From Perna viridis (lineage: Eukaryota): a DNA stretch of 64,000 nt. A program made the position numbers and the translations under genes. Shown here piece by piece: positions 37,738 to 50,680 of the stretch. The stretch is taken from the NCBI GenBank assembly GCA_037379345.1, contig CM074524.1:19154750-19218749 (forward strand). The letters run 5' to 3'. Numbering within the stretch: the first letter of the stretch is position 1; every line of letters starts with the position of its first letter. The notes below the pieces were generated by a model. It was not told where the DNA came from. It worked only from the letters and a program-made list of their open reading frames with translations, and ran no database searches.

Positions 37738-40700
37738 CAGTGTTGGATTTAACTAAACTGCATTGTTTATTTCCATTAACAGATTGGAAGAGTTTTTTGC
37801 AGTGTTTGTACATCCCTTTTATATTTTTATACATTGTACATCAGGTTCAACTTTACCATATATGATGATAAAATACTTTAAAGTCTGGTTTTCCTTATTA
37901 CTGTTTTATTGAATCTTCTAGATGCAACTAGAGGCTGTTAGGGATAGGTAACACACGCATGTTTGTTATATCATTGGGACTGAACAATATGATTCTTATA
38001 AAAGAAAATATATGAAAACAGGAAACTATTTAAATTATAGGAAGCAATATACAGTTGTCAGGTATGTGATATAGGTCTAGGGGTGTGATATATAGGGTAT
38101 GCAATATAGGTATGCAATACTTGGTTTAAACAAACACTTATAATGCATGTACAAAAAGTTATATTTTAATCTAAATATATAAAATTTCATAATATTAGAT
38201 ATCTTCTACAAAGATCAAATTGAATTATTTCTATATTTAGATCTTTTTTTTTAAATATAAGACGATAACGGTCAATAAGACATTGGAGGTCATATAACAT
38301 TACCATCAATATTGTTTCACGGATCTTCACAGCTCTTGAAGCCTCTAATAATGAATTGCATTTTACTTGCAGTTATTTATGTGTAGCATAACTTACACAC
38401 TCTTAAACAGAATAGAATAATTTTGTAGTTCTAACAAATTGAATGGAAGTTTTTTTTCTTTAAGTAACACTGTTTGACTGCATAAACGGTGAATAGAAAG
38501 TGTATGTTGTTTTTGCGAACACTTATATCAATGCCTCAAGTCAATATGCAATTGATTAAGGACATTTAAATGACTCTTTTTCTTCCCTTGAATTGTTAAG
38601 TTAATTAATAAACATAACATTAAATACGGCGTCTTACATAAGTTATACAAATTACCTGAACAAATTCATTCCCATTGTTTCTTCTGGAAGAAGACTTGCC
38701 AGGTGGTTGGAGCGTAGTCTAAATAAATGATAGTCAAGTCCAATATTTTAATGATAAAAATACCAAAATAATCTATGCGAAAGAAAGTTCTGTTTCCTTA
38801 TGTCAGTAAATGTTTTACATGTATATTAACATGTTAGAAGTGTTGTTTTTTTGTTTTTTGTTTTTTTGTTTTTTGTATATCCCTTTTATATTTTCATACA
38901 TAATAAATCAGGTTCAACTTTTATAAATATAATATACTTTATATTATGTTTTTCTTTATAACTGTTTTATTAAATTTTCAACTAGAGGCTTATGTGAATA
39001 GGTAAAATACGCATGTATGTCATTTTTAAAATATCTAAAACACCGAGGATTTATTCCTTGTATTAAACACGGTGCTACAATATTATTGCTCCTGTAAAAT
39101 GCTTAGGTAGAAGTGGCTTGATTTGGCTTCTTATTTTAATATTTATTTTGGTTTTTAGTAATTCGTGTGTATAAAAGTAGTTCCAGCGTCATTCGCAATT
39201 TCCAGAAAATTGCGAATTATCTGTTAATTGTCCATTTGTGTATTCCAATGATCTTGAACATGCTAAATAAACTGCTTATAATGTTACTTTGTTCGAATTG
39301 TGATTTCATTTAAATCATCTGACAGACATTTGATTTTTGTAAAAGTTAAATGTGACTGTCACATTGGTTATGGACACTCAATATCAGTCATGTGACTACC
39401 TTAAAGTCTTGGAAATGATGATTTCCTATTGACTAAATATAAGCGTTTCTGTAGTTTATATTCCGAGCGCTAACCTCTAACTAAGAAATTGGCATATACG
39501 GCTATATGAAGAAAAGAGCTCGGGTAAAGAAACTAAATTTCCATACACTAGAAGGAATGGAATGTTACGAAAACGAAAGAAGTTAACAATGGGGAAACGA
39601 TGTCATCGCGTTGTCACGAAATGTCAATGACTGTTTTCCCTTAAGACAATATGAAGTGGTATGTCACAGGCAGTTCAATATATGTCTGTTTGATCCTTGT
39701 ATTTCAAGTTGTCTTAGGTAAATGTGATAATTACAGCAACTAATAGCGGTAAAAGATCATCTGTATTGGAAAGTATTTTAAGTTTGCATTATAGATGTAC
39801 GGAAAATGGTATGCAAGTAGAGATCCATATCTAAAGCAATATATAATACATATTTTTCTGTAGATAAAATATAATCTACTAAAGTTGTGTTCTCTCACAA
39901 AATGCTTAAGATATTAACGGTTTCATCATAACATAATAATGACGGGTATCTGTAATTGACAGACCAGACATATATTAAGTTATTAGCTTCCAAATTATTG
40001 TCTATTGTTATTTAACATTTAGTAAATCCTGTTGGAGGTTGAGGCGTTAGCCGAATCCCTCCAACTTGTCTACTAGCCGTCGAAGCAATCATAGACGGTT
40101 ATGGGAGCTTATAACATTTTTGTACGGTTTTGCTTATCCATTCTATGGGGAAATATGTTATTTTTTGTACCAAACTATATTTCTTTTTTTAAAGTCTCTC
40201 ATCGGTTTCTATTTTTGTCTTTGCGCCCATGTTTAATTACTGCATAATAGACAGATTCTATAACTATTGATTTCATTGATGGGAGATTTTCCCTTTATGG
40301 TTTATTTCACATGAATGGGTGATGAATTTTATATGTTTGGTTTTCATTTGCTGCTCCGGTTATTTGGTCAAATAGTTTTATCCGATTAGTCCACTCAATG
40401 CAAAATTGTACAATCATAAAAGCCCCATAAAAGTCTGCAAACCACTTTCGAATTGAATGTATATGAAATTTTGATAATGTTTAAAGTGCTAAAGAATGAA
40501 TATAGGAACATTAATGTAAGAAATCCAAAATCGTTCATTAGACTTACATAAACCTTTACATTATTTTACAAAACATTATTCTTAAACTAAAATATGAGCT
40601 TGCCTGCTTTTATCAATTAGTCCGAACACTTCTATATATATATGCGTATATATGTATGTGCGTCTTAATAAACGAGGGGAGAAAATTAGTCAAATTATAG

Positions 40701-41927
40701 GAAGCAATATATCATAGTATCAGATATCTTCAAGGAACATCGATTTGTTTTTTTTTTTTCTGTTTTTTTAGGGGTCATAAGACCTTGAAGGTCTTATAAC
40801 ATGACCATCAATATTGTTTGACGGAACTTCACAGCACGTGAAGTCACTAATATTGCATTGCTTTTTACTTGCAGTTATTTGTGGAAAGCATAACTTACAC
40901 AATCTTAAAAACAATGGAATAATTTTTGTCCTGTTAACTTTTATTGAAATAAATTTTTACATAATAGACTGCATACACGGAGAATAGAAAGTGTATGTTG
41001 TTGTTAGGAAATCCTTTAATAATTGAATCGTGTAAGTATCATTAAATCATGTGTCTTACATATGTTATAAAAAATACCTGATAAAAATCATGCCCATTGT
41101 TCCGTTTGTACGACAACTTGGCAAGGCATCAGGAAGAGGTCTATATAAAAGATCATTAAGTTATAAGTTTGCCCAATATCTTAATGATAAAAAGACAAAA
41201 TGAATCGTTTCTTGGTAAATGGGATTAATAAAGCAACTTAATATATGATTATTTAACGGTAAAATATCATTTACATCCTTTTGGATGAAGTCTGAATCAA
41301 AGAAATGCAGGAAAGGGTAAGCAAGTAGAGATTCACATCTAAATCAATGTTTGATACATACTTTCATTTTATAAAAAATAATAAACCAAATTTTAAAAGT
41401 ATGTTTTCTAAAAAAAATGTTAAAATAGTAACAGTTTCGCCATCTTTATATTTGTTTATGCTGAGAATCACTATGCACAAGGTAAGCTGTCTTGGGCCAG
41501 TCACGGATAGTCGTACCTCAAGTGCCGGTGATTTGTAAAAAAGCCGTGCTGAAATATTGTTATTAGTATTTATTGAAGAAAAATGTAGAATAGTAGAATA
41601 AAGATTGCAGAAATAGAAAGCGTTCATACTACATCATAAAGAAAGCAATTATGATCTTCAACGCGATATAAGTTAATTTTTTCAAACTTAGGTAGCTTAG
41701 ATAGAGGTTGATAAATGAACATGGTTGACCCTTTCGATGACCACACAGGTGCAATAATGGAAGATGGGAATCTTCGCTTTTCGTTGAAATGCCAACGGAA
41801 GAAAAGCTTCATTAGTTCATTATATAAATTAAACTGTTACTTTATATATTGGAATAGAATAGATCAAATATCTCACTCCTTACATTGATATTATATTGAC
41901 CTTTATCCAATACTACTAAGAGGTATA

Positions 41928-44107
41928 AATGAGTTGCACTTATGAGGTTTCAACACATAAATCATCCCTGAAATTTGTTTAAATATATTTGAAGTCACAT
42001 TTCTTCACGAACATCTTCATTTGATGTCCAACCATAACTTCAAGAAATATTACATACGAATTCCGGAAACGGTTAAGGAGTAGTTGCTTTAACAGTCACT
42101 GTGAATTGACGAACGGACTAACGGGAAGACAAACAAGCACGGTTATTCATACATACCACCAAACTTTGCTTCGAGGGGAAGTTTGATGAAATGGATACAT
42201 GTATTAGAATATTGCCTTTCAATAATATTTGGGCACTATTTGATACTACGTAAAACAAACGCTGATTCGCTAACTCTGTTGACATGCTTGTTCAATATAT
42301 AGGATTTTGGTTCTGTTGTTAATTAATTTGTATCGTATTGTGTCTTTCTTTTTTCTTTAACTATAATCAAAGATGCAAGTAATATTATTTTTACCTTTCA
42401 TTTGCAAAAATTAATGCAAGAATGCGGTTATTAAAAAATTACTTACGCTATGTCAAATTCTGTTGCGCTTTAAAAAAATAAATAAATGTTAAATGTTAAT
42501 AAGTAAAAAGTCTATGAGTTGATCATATCAAAATATGCCAAATGTACTCATCCCTACTAGAATTACCAAAAAAGCATTGTAGTTATAACAAGAAATGAAC
42601 AAAGAGTAAGATTTATCAAACGACCCTTTAATCAGATATGGTAGCGGTTTCTTAATACAGCAGTGTTGTATAAAGAGTATAAAAGTCATAACTATCTATT
42701 GAATCATAGGACTCTTGAAAGATATGAAGCTGATTTATTACTTCAAATGAATATTTGATACTCCAAAAAATAGTTAACACCATTATATTCTTAACATTTA
42801 TCGCAATAATTTATAACAAAGTTTTTAAAAATAGTTAAAGTAGAAGTTAATAATACATCAGTATTAGAACATTTCTTTGAAGATGAAATAAAACGTAATT
42901 TGAACGACTTTTCATGAAGTTTTTGTGTCCAGTATAGAGTCCGCGCAGTCATATGATCGGTGTAAATACACAAAAAGCAGCAGATTTATAATAATCCAGT
43001 TAAAAAAGTACATTGAAAATTTTATCATTTATATTGAGAAACAGTAAAATATTTAGTTTAATGAGTTGAACTTATGAGGTTTCAACACATAAATCATCCC
43101 TGAAATTTGTTTAAATATATTTGAAGTCACATTTCTTCACGAACATCTTCATTTGATGTCCAACCATAACTTCAAGAAATATTACATACGAATTCCGGAA
43201 ACGGTTAAGGTGTAGTTGCTCTAACAGTCACTGTGAATTGACGAACGGACGGACTAACGGGAAGACAAACAAGCACGGTTATTCTTACTTACCACCAAAC
43301 TTTGTTTCGAGGGGAAGTTTGATGAAATGGATACATGTATTATAATATTGCCTTTCAATAATATTTGGGCACTATTTGATACTATGTAAAACTCTGTTGA
43401 CATGCTTGTTCAATATATAGGATTTTGGTTCTGTTGTTAATTAATTTGTATCGTATTGTGTCTTTCTTTTTTCTTTAACTATAATCAAAGATGCAAGTAA
43501 TATTATTTTTACCTTTCATTTGCAAAAATTAATGCAAGAATGCGGTTATTAAAAAATTACTTACGCTATCTCAAATTCTGTTGCGCTTTAAAAAAATAAA
43601 TAAATGTTAAATGTTAATATGTAAAAAGTCTATGAGTTGATCATATCAAAATATGCCAAATGTACTCATCCCTACTAGAATTACCAAAAAAGCATTGTAG
43701 TTATAACAAGAAATGAACGAAGAGTAAGATTTATCAAGCGACCCTTTAATCAGATATGATAGCGTTTTCTTACTACAGCAGTGTTGTATAAAGAGTATAA
43801 AAGTCATAATTATCTATTGAATCATAGGACTCTTGAAAGATATGAAGCTGATTTATTACTTCAAATGAATATTTGATACTCCAAAAAATAGTTAACACCA
43901 TTATATTCTTAACATTTATCGCAATAATTTATAACAAAGTTTTTAAAAATAGTTAAAATAGAAGTTAATAATTCACCAGTATTAGAACATTTCTTTGAAG
44001 ATGAAATAAAACGTAATTTGAACGACTTTTCATGAAGTTTTTGTGTCCAGCATAGAGTCCGCGCAGTCATATGATCGGTGTAAATACAAAAAAAGCAGCA
44101 GATTTAT
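41928..44107. repeat. Recent near-tandem duplication of ~1.05 kb (41928-42989 and 43060-44107)
   Basis: Both copies start aatgagttg(c/a)acttatgaggtttcaacac and end aaaaagcagcagatttat; few substitutions, one ~18-bp and one 4-bp indel; ~70-bp spacer. Confidence 0.93.
42530..42990 (-). mobile_element. Penelope-like (Naiad-type) RT N-terminal fragment, duplicated copy
   Basis: LYWTQKLHEKSFKLRFISSSKKCS..NYCDK..GVNYFWSIK..SYDFYTLYT, resembling LYWxPKLHK..RFI..DFSTLYT of PLE RTs. Confidence 0.8.
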
Positions 44108-44520
44108 GATGTCCACTTCTGTATAATATTTACGTCATAGTATAACCAATTTGTTAGCTGCTTTATCCACCGGGCCAAAATTCTTTTCTAGCCTTTTTTT
44201 TTTTTGGATAGTTTTTCTCTTCTTATAGAGATGCGTGTCGAACGATACTTAATACTTTTCGTGATGTTTAATCATTTAATCAACAATGATAATAAGCGTA
44301 TTTTTGAAATTCTCCAGGGTGTTTTTTCTGCTTTTCCCTTTCGAATCCATTGCTTGCAAACATCATTAAATGAATCTTCTATGGTTTTGCGACACTCCTT
44401 CCAGTCAATTTTAACTGGAGGACGATATTTGTGTTCTGTTTTTCAAATTTGATATTAATCGGTTTTCAACGATATTTAAGTTCTGTAATAATATGACCAC
44501 TGGATGCATACTAAAACGTA
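43650..44520 (-). mobile_element. Penelope-like (Naiad-type) linker and RT N-terminal fragment
   Basis: YASSGHIIT..IDWKECRKTIEDS..PVDKAANK..LY/CWTQKLHEK..YDFYTLYT, degenerate. Confidence 0.8.
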
Positions 44521-45239
44521 AAGAGAACGGGCCCTATTGTTCATAATGAATGAATAAACGCATACGATTATCACATAAAGGGCTATTTTTAGGGATCATC
44601 ATTTTCCTCAGACTATAGCGAAGGCTGTAAACAAGCAATGGGCGACACGAGTATGTAGTTTACTATAATTGTTATTGAAAAGATCACATGTAATCATTTT
44701 TTTTTCATTATAAAAACAACTTTTTAAAACGTTTATATATGTTGCAAAAGCGAAAGACACCATCAAATTGAAGGTAAAACATAACATAATCATACACAAC
44801 AAAATGAAGCGCACTTCCGCATTGCATGTCCAGACAAACTTCGAACAACTACGTCCTTTTGCAGGTCCGAATCTAACTTGCTTTATCTTATATTAAATGC
44901 TTCAAATGATAACTCCCATTAGTTTGAAGAGCACAATTTATATGGATATCAACTATAAAAGAGCATATGAGTTTGTGTCTGATAAATTTCTTCCAGAAAA
45001 AGTATGTGTCAAAATCTTGACCATCATATTTCATTTGGTGATACATACATAATACAAAAGAAAAAAGGCAAAAATAAAAACATAAAAACATAAACGGTAA
45101 GAAACAAAGACATATTGTTGAACCAAATGAAATAATAAAAGATAATAAGCTGTTTACGTTTTTGAATAATTTTGACTGAAGTATATAAGTCGCAGTCATC
45201 CACTGTGCTTATGGTAGTAATATTACGTCAATATGTAAG

Positions 45240-46270
45240 TCACTAATTTTCTCATGGAAATCAAAAGTGCTCGAACTCATACATTTTGCAAGAATAAGAT
45301 ATTTTTAAGGAACATTGACTCAAATAAATGTGTCACAGCCACCGACATGATAGTTATATTGAAAAATATAAACACTTTAGTCATTAATTTTAGACCCTAA
45401 TTGAAATTAAAAGTGTTTGCACTCATACATTTTGCAAGAATATGACATTTTTAAAGAATTTTGACTCAAATTAATATGTGGCAACCCCTATATGACAATT
45501 ATAGTGAAATATTAAGCATTTTAGTCATTAATGTTAGACCCTCATGGAAATTGAAAGTGTTCGCACTCATACATTTTGCGAGAATATGATATTTTTATAG
45601 AATTTTGGCTCAAAATGATGTGTCGCAGACACCATATGATATTTATTTTGAATAATTTAGCATTTTAGTCATAAATTTTAGACCCTCATGGAAATAAAAA
45701 CTGCTTGCACTTATACATTTTGGAAGAATATGACATTTTAAAAGAATTTTGGCTCAAATTAATCTGTCCCAGCCCCGATATGATAGTTATATTGACAAAA
45801 CTAGCATTTCAGTCATTAATTTTAGACCCTCATAGAAATTAAAAGTGTGGGCAATCATACATATGATGGAATATGACATTTTTAAAGAATTTTGAAAGAA
45901 ATATATGTGTCACAGTCACCCACTTGATAGTTATATTGAAAAAAAAGTATTTTAGTCAATAGTTTTAGACCATTATGAAAAATAAAACTGCTGGCACTCA
46001 TACATTTTGCATAACTATTAGAATTTTTACTTGAATACATGTGAGACAGTCACTAATATGAAACTATACATTTTTAATTTCTACATTTTCTACATATAAG
46101 ACCATATAGGTAAATTGGAAGTGTTCACACTCATATTCGTTGCTGAAAGTGGTATTTTGAAGAATTTTGACCGAAATATATAGGTATCAGTCACCCATTT
46201 AATGCTGCAATTGTCAATTCTAACATTTTTTTAGAATTATTTGTGACCCTTATGTTATTAAAGGTAAATT
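45240..46270. repeat. Satellite-like array, ~145-bp unit x ~7
   Basis: Anchor (c)actcatacattttgc near 45275, 45420, 45565, 45708, 45852 and 45996, more decayed near 46128; also tttagaccctcatggaaat. Confidence 0.9.
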
Positions 46271-46682
46271 TCACTCAAAAAGTACTTTGTTAATCTTGAA
46301 CTTCGTGAAAATTATCAAACATCTGAAAGTTACTTGTATCGGCTACCACTTTTACTCTTAGAACAGAAACATAGACATTTAATTATATAATTAAATAATT
46401 TAATTTAATTAAAATCACAGGTATATGACAGAATGTAAGAAAATTACACATGAAACAACGATAATTTTTAAACGATGAGTGACTGGACCGTGATCGACGA
46501 AAATTAGAACATGAACGAAGATCGAGTGATTGTTGGATGATGATCACATCGAGCTTTCTATATATAACTGAAAATTTAATGTAAATTTTGTGATCAAGAT
46601 TTTTTTCCTTATCGGATTTGCTAATTTACATTAGTCACACAATTTCATTTATTAATCGCGGACTTCCTGTTCTAAATTACGT

Positions 46683-46905
46683 CACACAGAATAGAAAGAT
46701 TTAGTGTCAGGAACTGTCCAGGGGTATGACAGTTTATAACAGCTTTTCGTATTTTCTTTGTCACGACCCAGGACAGTTTCTGTCAGGATCTGTCAGGGAA
46801 TAGGGCAAAATGTGTCATGACCCAGGACAGCCTGTGTAAGACCCTGTCAGGATCTGTCAGGATTTCTGTTATATCTGCTGTCGTAAAACAAAAATCCTGA
46901 CAACT
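46683..46905. mobile_element. Terminus of an EnSpm/CACTA-like non-autonomous element
   Basis: Starts cacacag; multiple tgtcagga motifs in both orientations; gtca(c/t)gacccaggacag duplicated. Confidence 0.4.
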
Positions 46906-47724
46906 TCTCACATAATTTAAGAGAGATTAGAAGTGATCGCAACTGTAGTTATACTTTCTTTGCAAAGTTTGAAACCGTGAATGTGGAAACAAGTAGCGTT
47001 TTTCTATATCATTTTCAATGGAACACTAGAAATAATCCATGTATGCAACGCTTTATGATTTATATAATTAATTAATACAAGCTTCAATTTTAACAATATT
47101 CCACCGTTATACTTACCTAAAGGCGATATGATTAGGCGGTTCCTCTGTGCTACAAAACAAAAAAGATTTCTGTTCAAATCATAAACATACAATCTTTATA
47201 TACGTTGATATACATTACAAAATAAGTAGGTCATTCAAATTGTATAACCACTACGTTTGTGTTTGTTAGTTCAACTTATTGAATAACGATTTCAATTCTA
47301 TTCCTATTTGTCTTTAGCGAACACGAATGAATTCGAAAGATCATCTGAAAACATTGAATACAAGTTTATTATAAAAATATAATAACATTATCATGATCTA
47401 TAATTTTCAATTGTTTTACGACTATTCCCAGCTACAAAAAACATTACACATCGGTGTTACTCTAAAAAGATAGAAAACCTAGATTCAAATAAGTGGTACT
47501 TGGTAGAAAGTATTCATAATTTATACAAATTAAGGCAGTTCCAAATCATTTTCTAAATATACCATAGAAGAAGATGTTGTTAAAATACTGAAATATCTGA
47601 TCGAAAACATAAATTACATTTGTCCTATGTGGTAGTCGAGTTTGTCGACAGACGGACGGCATTCAAAACGGAATTAATTGTGCTCCACCCACTACTCGCT
47701 GTGCTGATCTATTAATTTAATAAT

Positions 47725-48160
47725 ATAAGGCTAACTTTATAGCTGATCTCATCCAAAAGAAGGAACATCGTTTGTTTAATTGTTTTCTGCTCAATAGATG
47801 ACGTGTTGTCTTCAATTAATTAGTTCAAGAATTTTATTGACCGCATCTTTTCTAAACAAACTTAAGATAAGGAACACTTTAGACAAAAAGTGTCCGGTCT
47901 CGTAAATTGAGCTACTTTAAGAGATTAATCATTATGGAAAAGGAAAATTATACGACGGTGACGCAATGACTCCTCGTTTATTAGTGTGACAGTTCCTTGT
48001 ATCTGTACCAACCTACTTTCCGCACCTGTGCATGGAATTTCTCATATCATAACTCCATAATACGTGATGCCAGAGCTTGCCAATCATTATTCACTACGCA
48101 GAATTTTTGTATCGTGCTAGACCTCTTATAATTAAGCTTCTGAAATATGGATATGCCATT
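47725..48160 (+). mobile_element. Older, decayed Penelope-like RT fragment (catalytic DD to thumb)
   Basis: ANFIADLIQKKEHRL..SIDDVLS..FIDRIF..SAPVHGI..ARA..EFLYRARPL..KLLKYGY. Confidence 0.75.
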
Positions 48161-48308
48161 ATGGTTGTTTCTGTTTGTTTTTTTTACGTATGCGTCTTTT
48201 TTTACTCTCTTGTCTTCATCATTGGATTATATTATTTTATAAATTTTAAATATTCTTTTAATAAACATTTGCACACATTTGATGGCACAAGAAAGTTTAT
48301 ATTGTTTT

Positions 48309-48908
48309 AAAGAGTAATCAAGGGAACCAAGGTTATAGCGGCTATCAAAAGAATGCAATCCAGAGACAAAGACCAGACATGGAAAACAGACATACACAAC
48401 AAAGAACATAAAGTAACTAAAATCATACATACAAAAGTAACAAAAGCAAATGAGCAACTCGGACTCCACTAAAAACTGGGAGCATGGACCAGGTGCACCG
48501 GTAGGGTAAGCGTCCTCTGCTTTTCTAGAAACACTCGCCGAGTTGCTCATAAAAAGTCAAGTCCGGGGTTGATGAACGAGGAAAGGAAAATATGATCCGT
48601 TGAATAAATCAGTCTTCATGATGCAGATGGCTACACCATAACGATCCACAAGTTCATGATGACGACCATAAAACTTCTGTAGTGATGACTTCAATCTTGT
48701 AGCAACATAACCCTGTTCCAGAAGCCTATTTGTTAGAGTTTTAGCGCGATATAAAAGTCTGCGTAGTTTCGGCAAGCTCGGGCATAACGTATGAGTTGTG
48801 ATATGAACACTCCATACGCAGATGCTGAAGGGATGTTGTCACAGATGACAGGAGACTTGACAATTTTGAATAAAAAGTCACCACGTTTGTCGTAAAGTTT
48901 GGTCAATA
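48309..48908 (-). mobile_element. Penelope-like family A, best-preserved copy
   Basis: LLTKLYDKRGDFLFKIVKSPVICDNIPSASAYGVFISQLIRYARACRNYADF / LYRAKTLTNRLLEQGY..KFYGRHHELVDRY, plus the complete 3'UTR. Confidence 0.93.
48450..48550 (-). ncRNA. Candidate cis-acting structured RNA domain in the PLE 3'UTR
   Basis: atgagcaactcgg (48450-48462) and ccgagttgctcat (48538-48550) are exact 13-bp reverse complements enclosing 75 nt with further potential helices. Confidence 0.5.
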
Positions 48909-50269
48909 ATGAGTATATGGACATTGTTTTGTTTCTATGTACGCATGTATATGTGTCAAATAAATATTATTACATAATATTATCAAAGGATTACAAGTGA
49001 CTCCCTTTATTAAAATTCAAAACATTCAATGGTTGCCACGATGAATTTTATATGCTTTTCGTAGTATTCATCATAAAGACAGTTGATGTACTTCTCATTA
49101 TATACTTTCAAACCTATTAACTTGTAAAATGTTTACTATGTTAGCAATACTCTCCTTTTCCAGAAGGAAAGAAACGGAATATAATTTGATTCATTTAAAC
49201 TAGTAAAGCTGCTATTATTTTAGCAATATTTTTAATTTGTACAAATATTCCTCGTAAAATGTCCTTAACATAAGGGGACACAAAAATATATACACATCAG
49301 AAATGCCATAAAACAGTGACAATACAAATTTTAATATCAACAATATCAATGTCCTATACGCGTTCACCAAGTAATACACTGACGACTGGATTTTCTAGAT
49401 TAGAATAAAAATTGTTCCTATTTGTAGACTATGAACAATTATATTTTTTCATAAGGAGAAATATATTAAGTTTCGATCGACTGTTTTTACTTAAACATTT
49501 TTCTCATCATATCTTTTCTTACCTTTGTTCCTGCTTTCCCACTCTTTTTTCCAGTTCCCTGTACCTTTGAAGCAATAAATATCATTTATGAATAATATTA
49601 GTACGACTTACTCATCTAAAGACAAAAGAAAGCAACTCAAAGAAACCGACGAATTAGAAAAAAATAGGGCAGGAGCAATTAATACCAGACACAGTACAAA
49701 ACAGATAAATGAAAAGTGCCGGAAAGTAAATGCAAAAGAAGTTTGATTTGTATAATTTTATTACAAATTTACCGGGTACCATATTAGAATGGCACGATAG
49801 AAAAATACTTTTGTTGGGTTTTGAAATGTAATGACTTCTTACTCAGTTTGTAATCGCTTAGTACAAATCTACACAATCTAAAATACATGACTCATAAATG
49901 TCCAATAATATAATGCAAAAATACGCTACGTGTAGGTCAATTGTTTATGTTCCTAGATTGTGTTGGTTTGATTTCCTTTAGATTCTAACATCTCATCATG
50001 TTATTGTCTTGCTTAAATTATTATTTCTATTGGAGATAAATATAATACAAGTAATGATTTGTTTTTTATTTGTGAGCAGCGAGCTAAAGACTGGTCAGTA
50101 TAACCATTTCACCTTGTTTTGAAATATCCCACACACAAAAGATAATTGTTTATAGAAAAACGGAAAAAAACCTTTGTATTGTCCGAACTCAACAATCATT
50201 TATTAACTGGATGAACGTCATGATGTGATTGATCATCATGATATAGATATAATAAGTGTGGTGCCGACG

Positions 50270-50680
50270 TTGATACAGTTGACCCAAAATGAACAAAGTT
50301 TTTGGGGATTAGGTCTGGCAAAACTCTTTACAATAAATGACAAAAGCAGCTATTACGAGTAACATGTGATCGGTATGCTAATGATTCTGTTTGACAATAA
50401 ATTTGTCACTTTTGGGAATAGTCCCTCGGAACAAAGTATCGGCATTCCTAAGGGCACTAAGTGTACCCTTCTACTAGCCAATGTGTTCCTTGCGCAAGTC
50501 ATGACAGATAAAGGGGCTTGATCCTGTAATGCCACTTAATGATATATTGGTAATGTTCTCTTCAATAATCATCCTAAATTTCTAAATTTCTAAATGTCTC
50601 TCATTGCCTTGGAGACAGGCTTTTAGACCAAGGATATGAAGATGCGTCTCATAAGCAGCCTTAAACTTTATTTCCGATTT
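50270..50680 (+). mobile_element. Decayed Penelope-like RT fragment (different family)
   Basis: LFDNKFVTFGNS..EQSIGIPKGTKCTLLLANVFL resembles LIDNIFV.FG...QQ..GIPMGTNCAPLLADLFL; RLLDQGY downstream. Confidence 0.75.

Larger units (their letters stand above)
35620..41210. repeat. Old tandem segmental triplication
   Basis: About 35620-36900 resembles 39930-41210; 36280-36890 also resembles 38030-38830; 37790-37970 resembles 38870-39020; a further fragment at 34640-34800. Anchor caatattgttt(g/c)acgga in three copies. Confidence 0.8.

Noticed and set aside
37481-37865. Hydrophobic ORFs (also 2335, 29311, 32772, 34810, 48227) as a membrane-protein family
   Set aside because: They are readings of the T-rich PLE 3'UTR in inconsistent frames with variable starts and stops.
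48309-48600. Hammerhead ribozyme or SECIS in the PLE 3'UTR
   Set aside because: No CUGANGA/GAAA core on either strand; AUGA-to-AA spacing and GA quartet geometry do not fit SECIS; no conserved in-frame UGA in the RT fragments.
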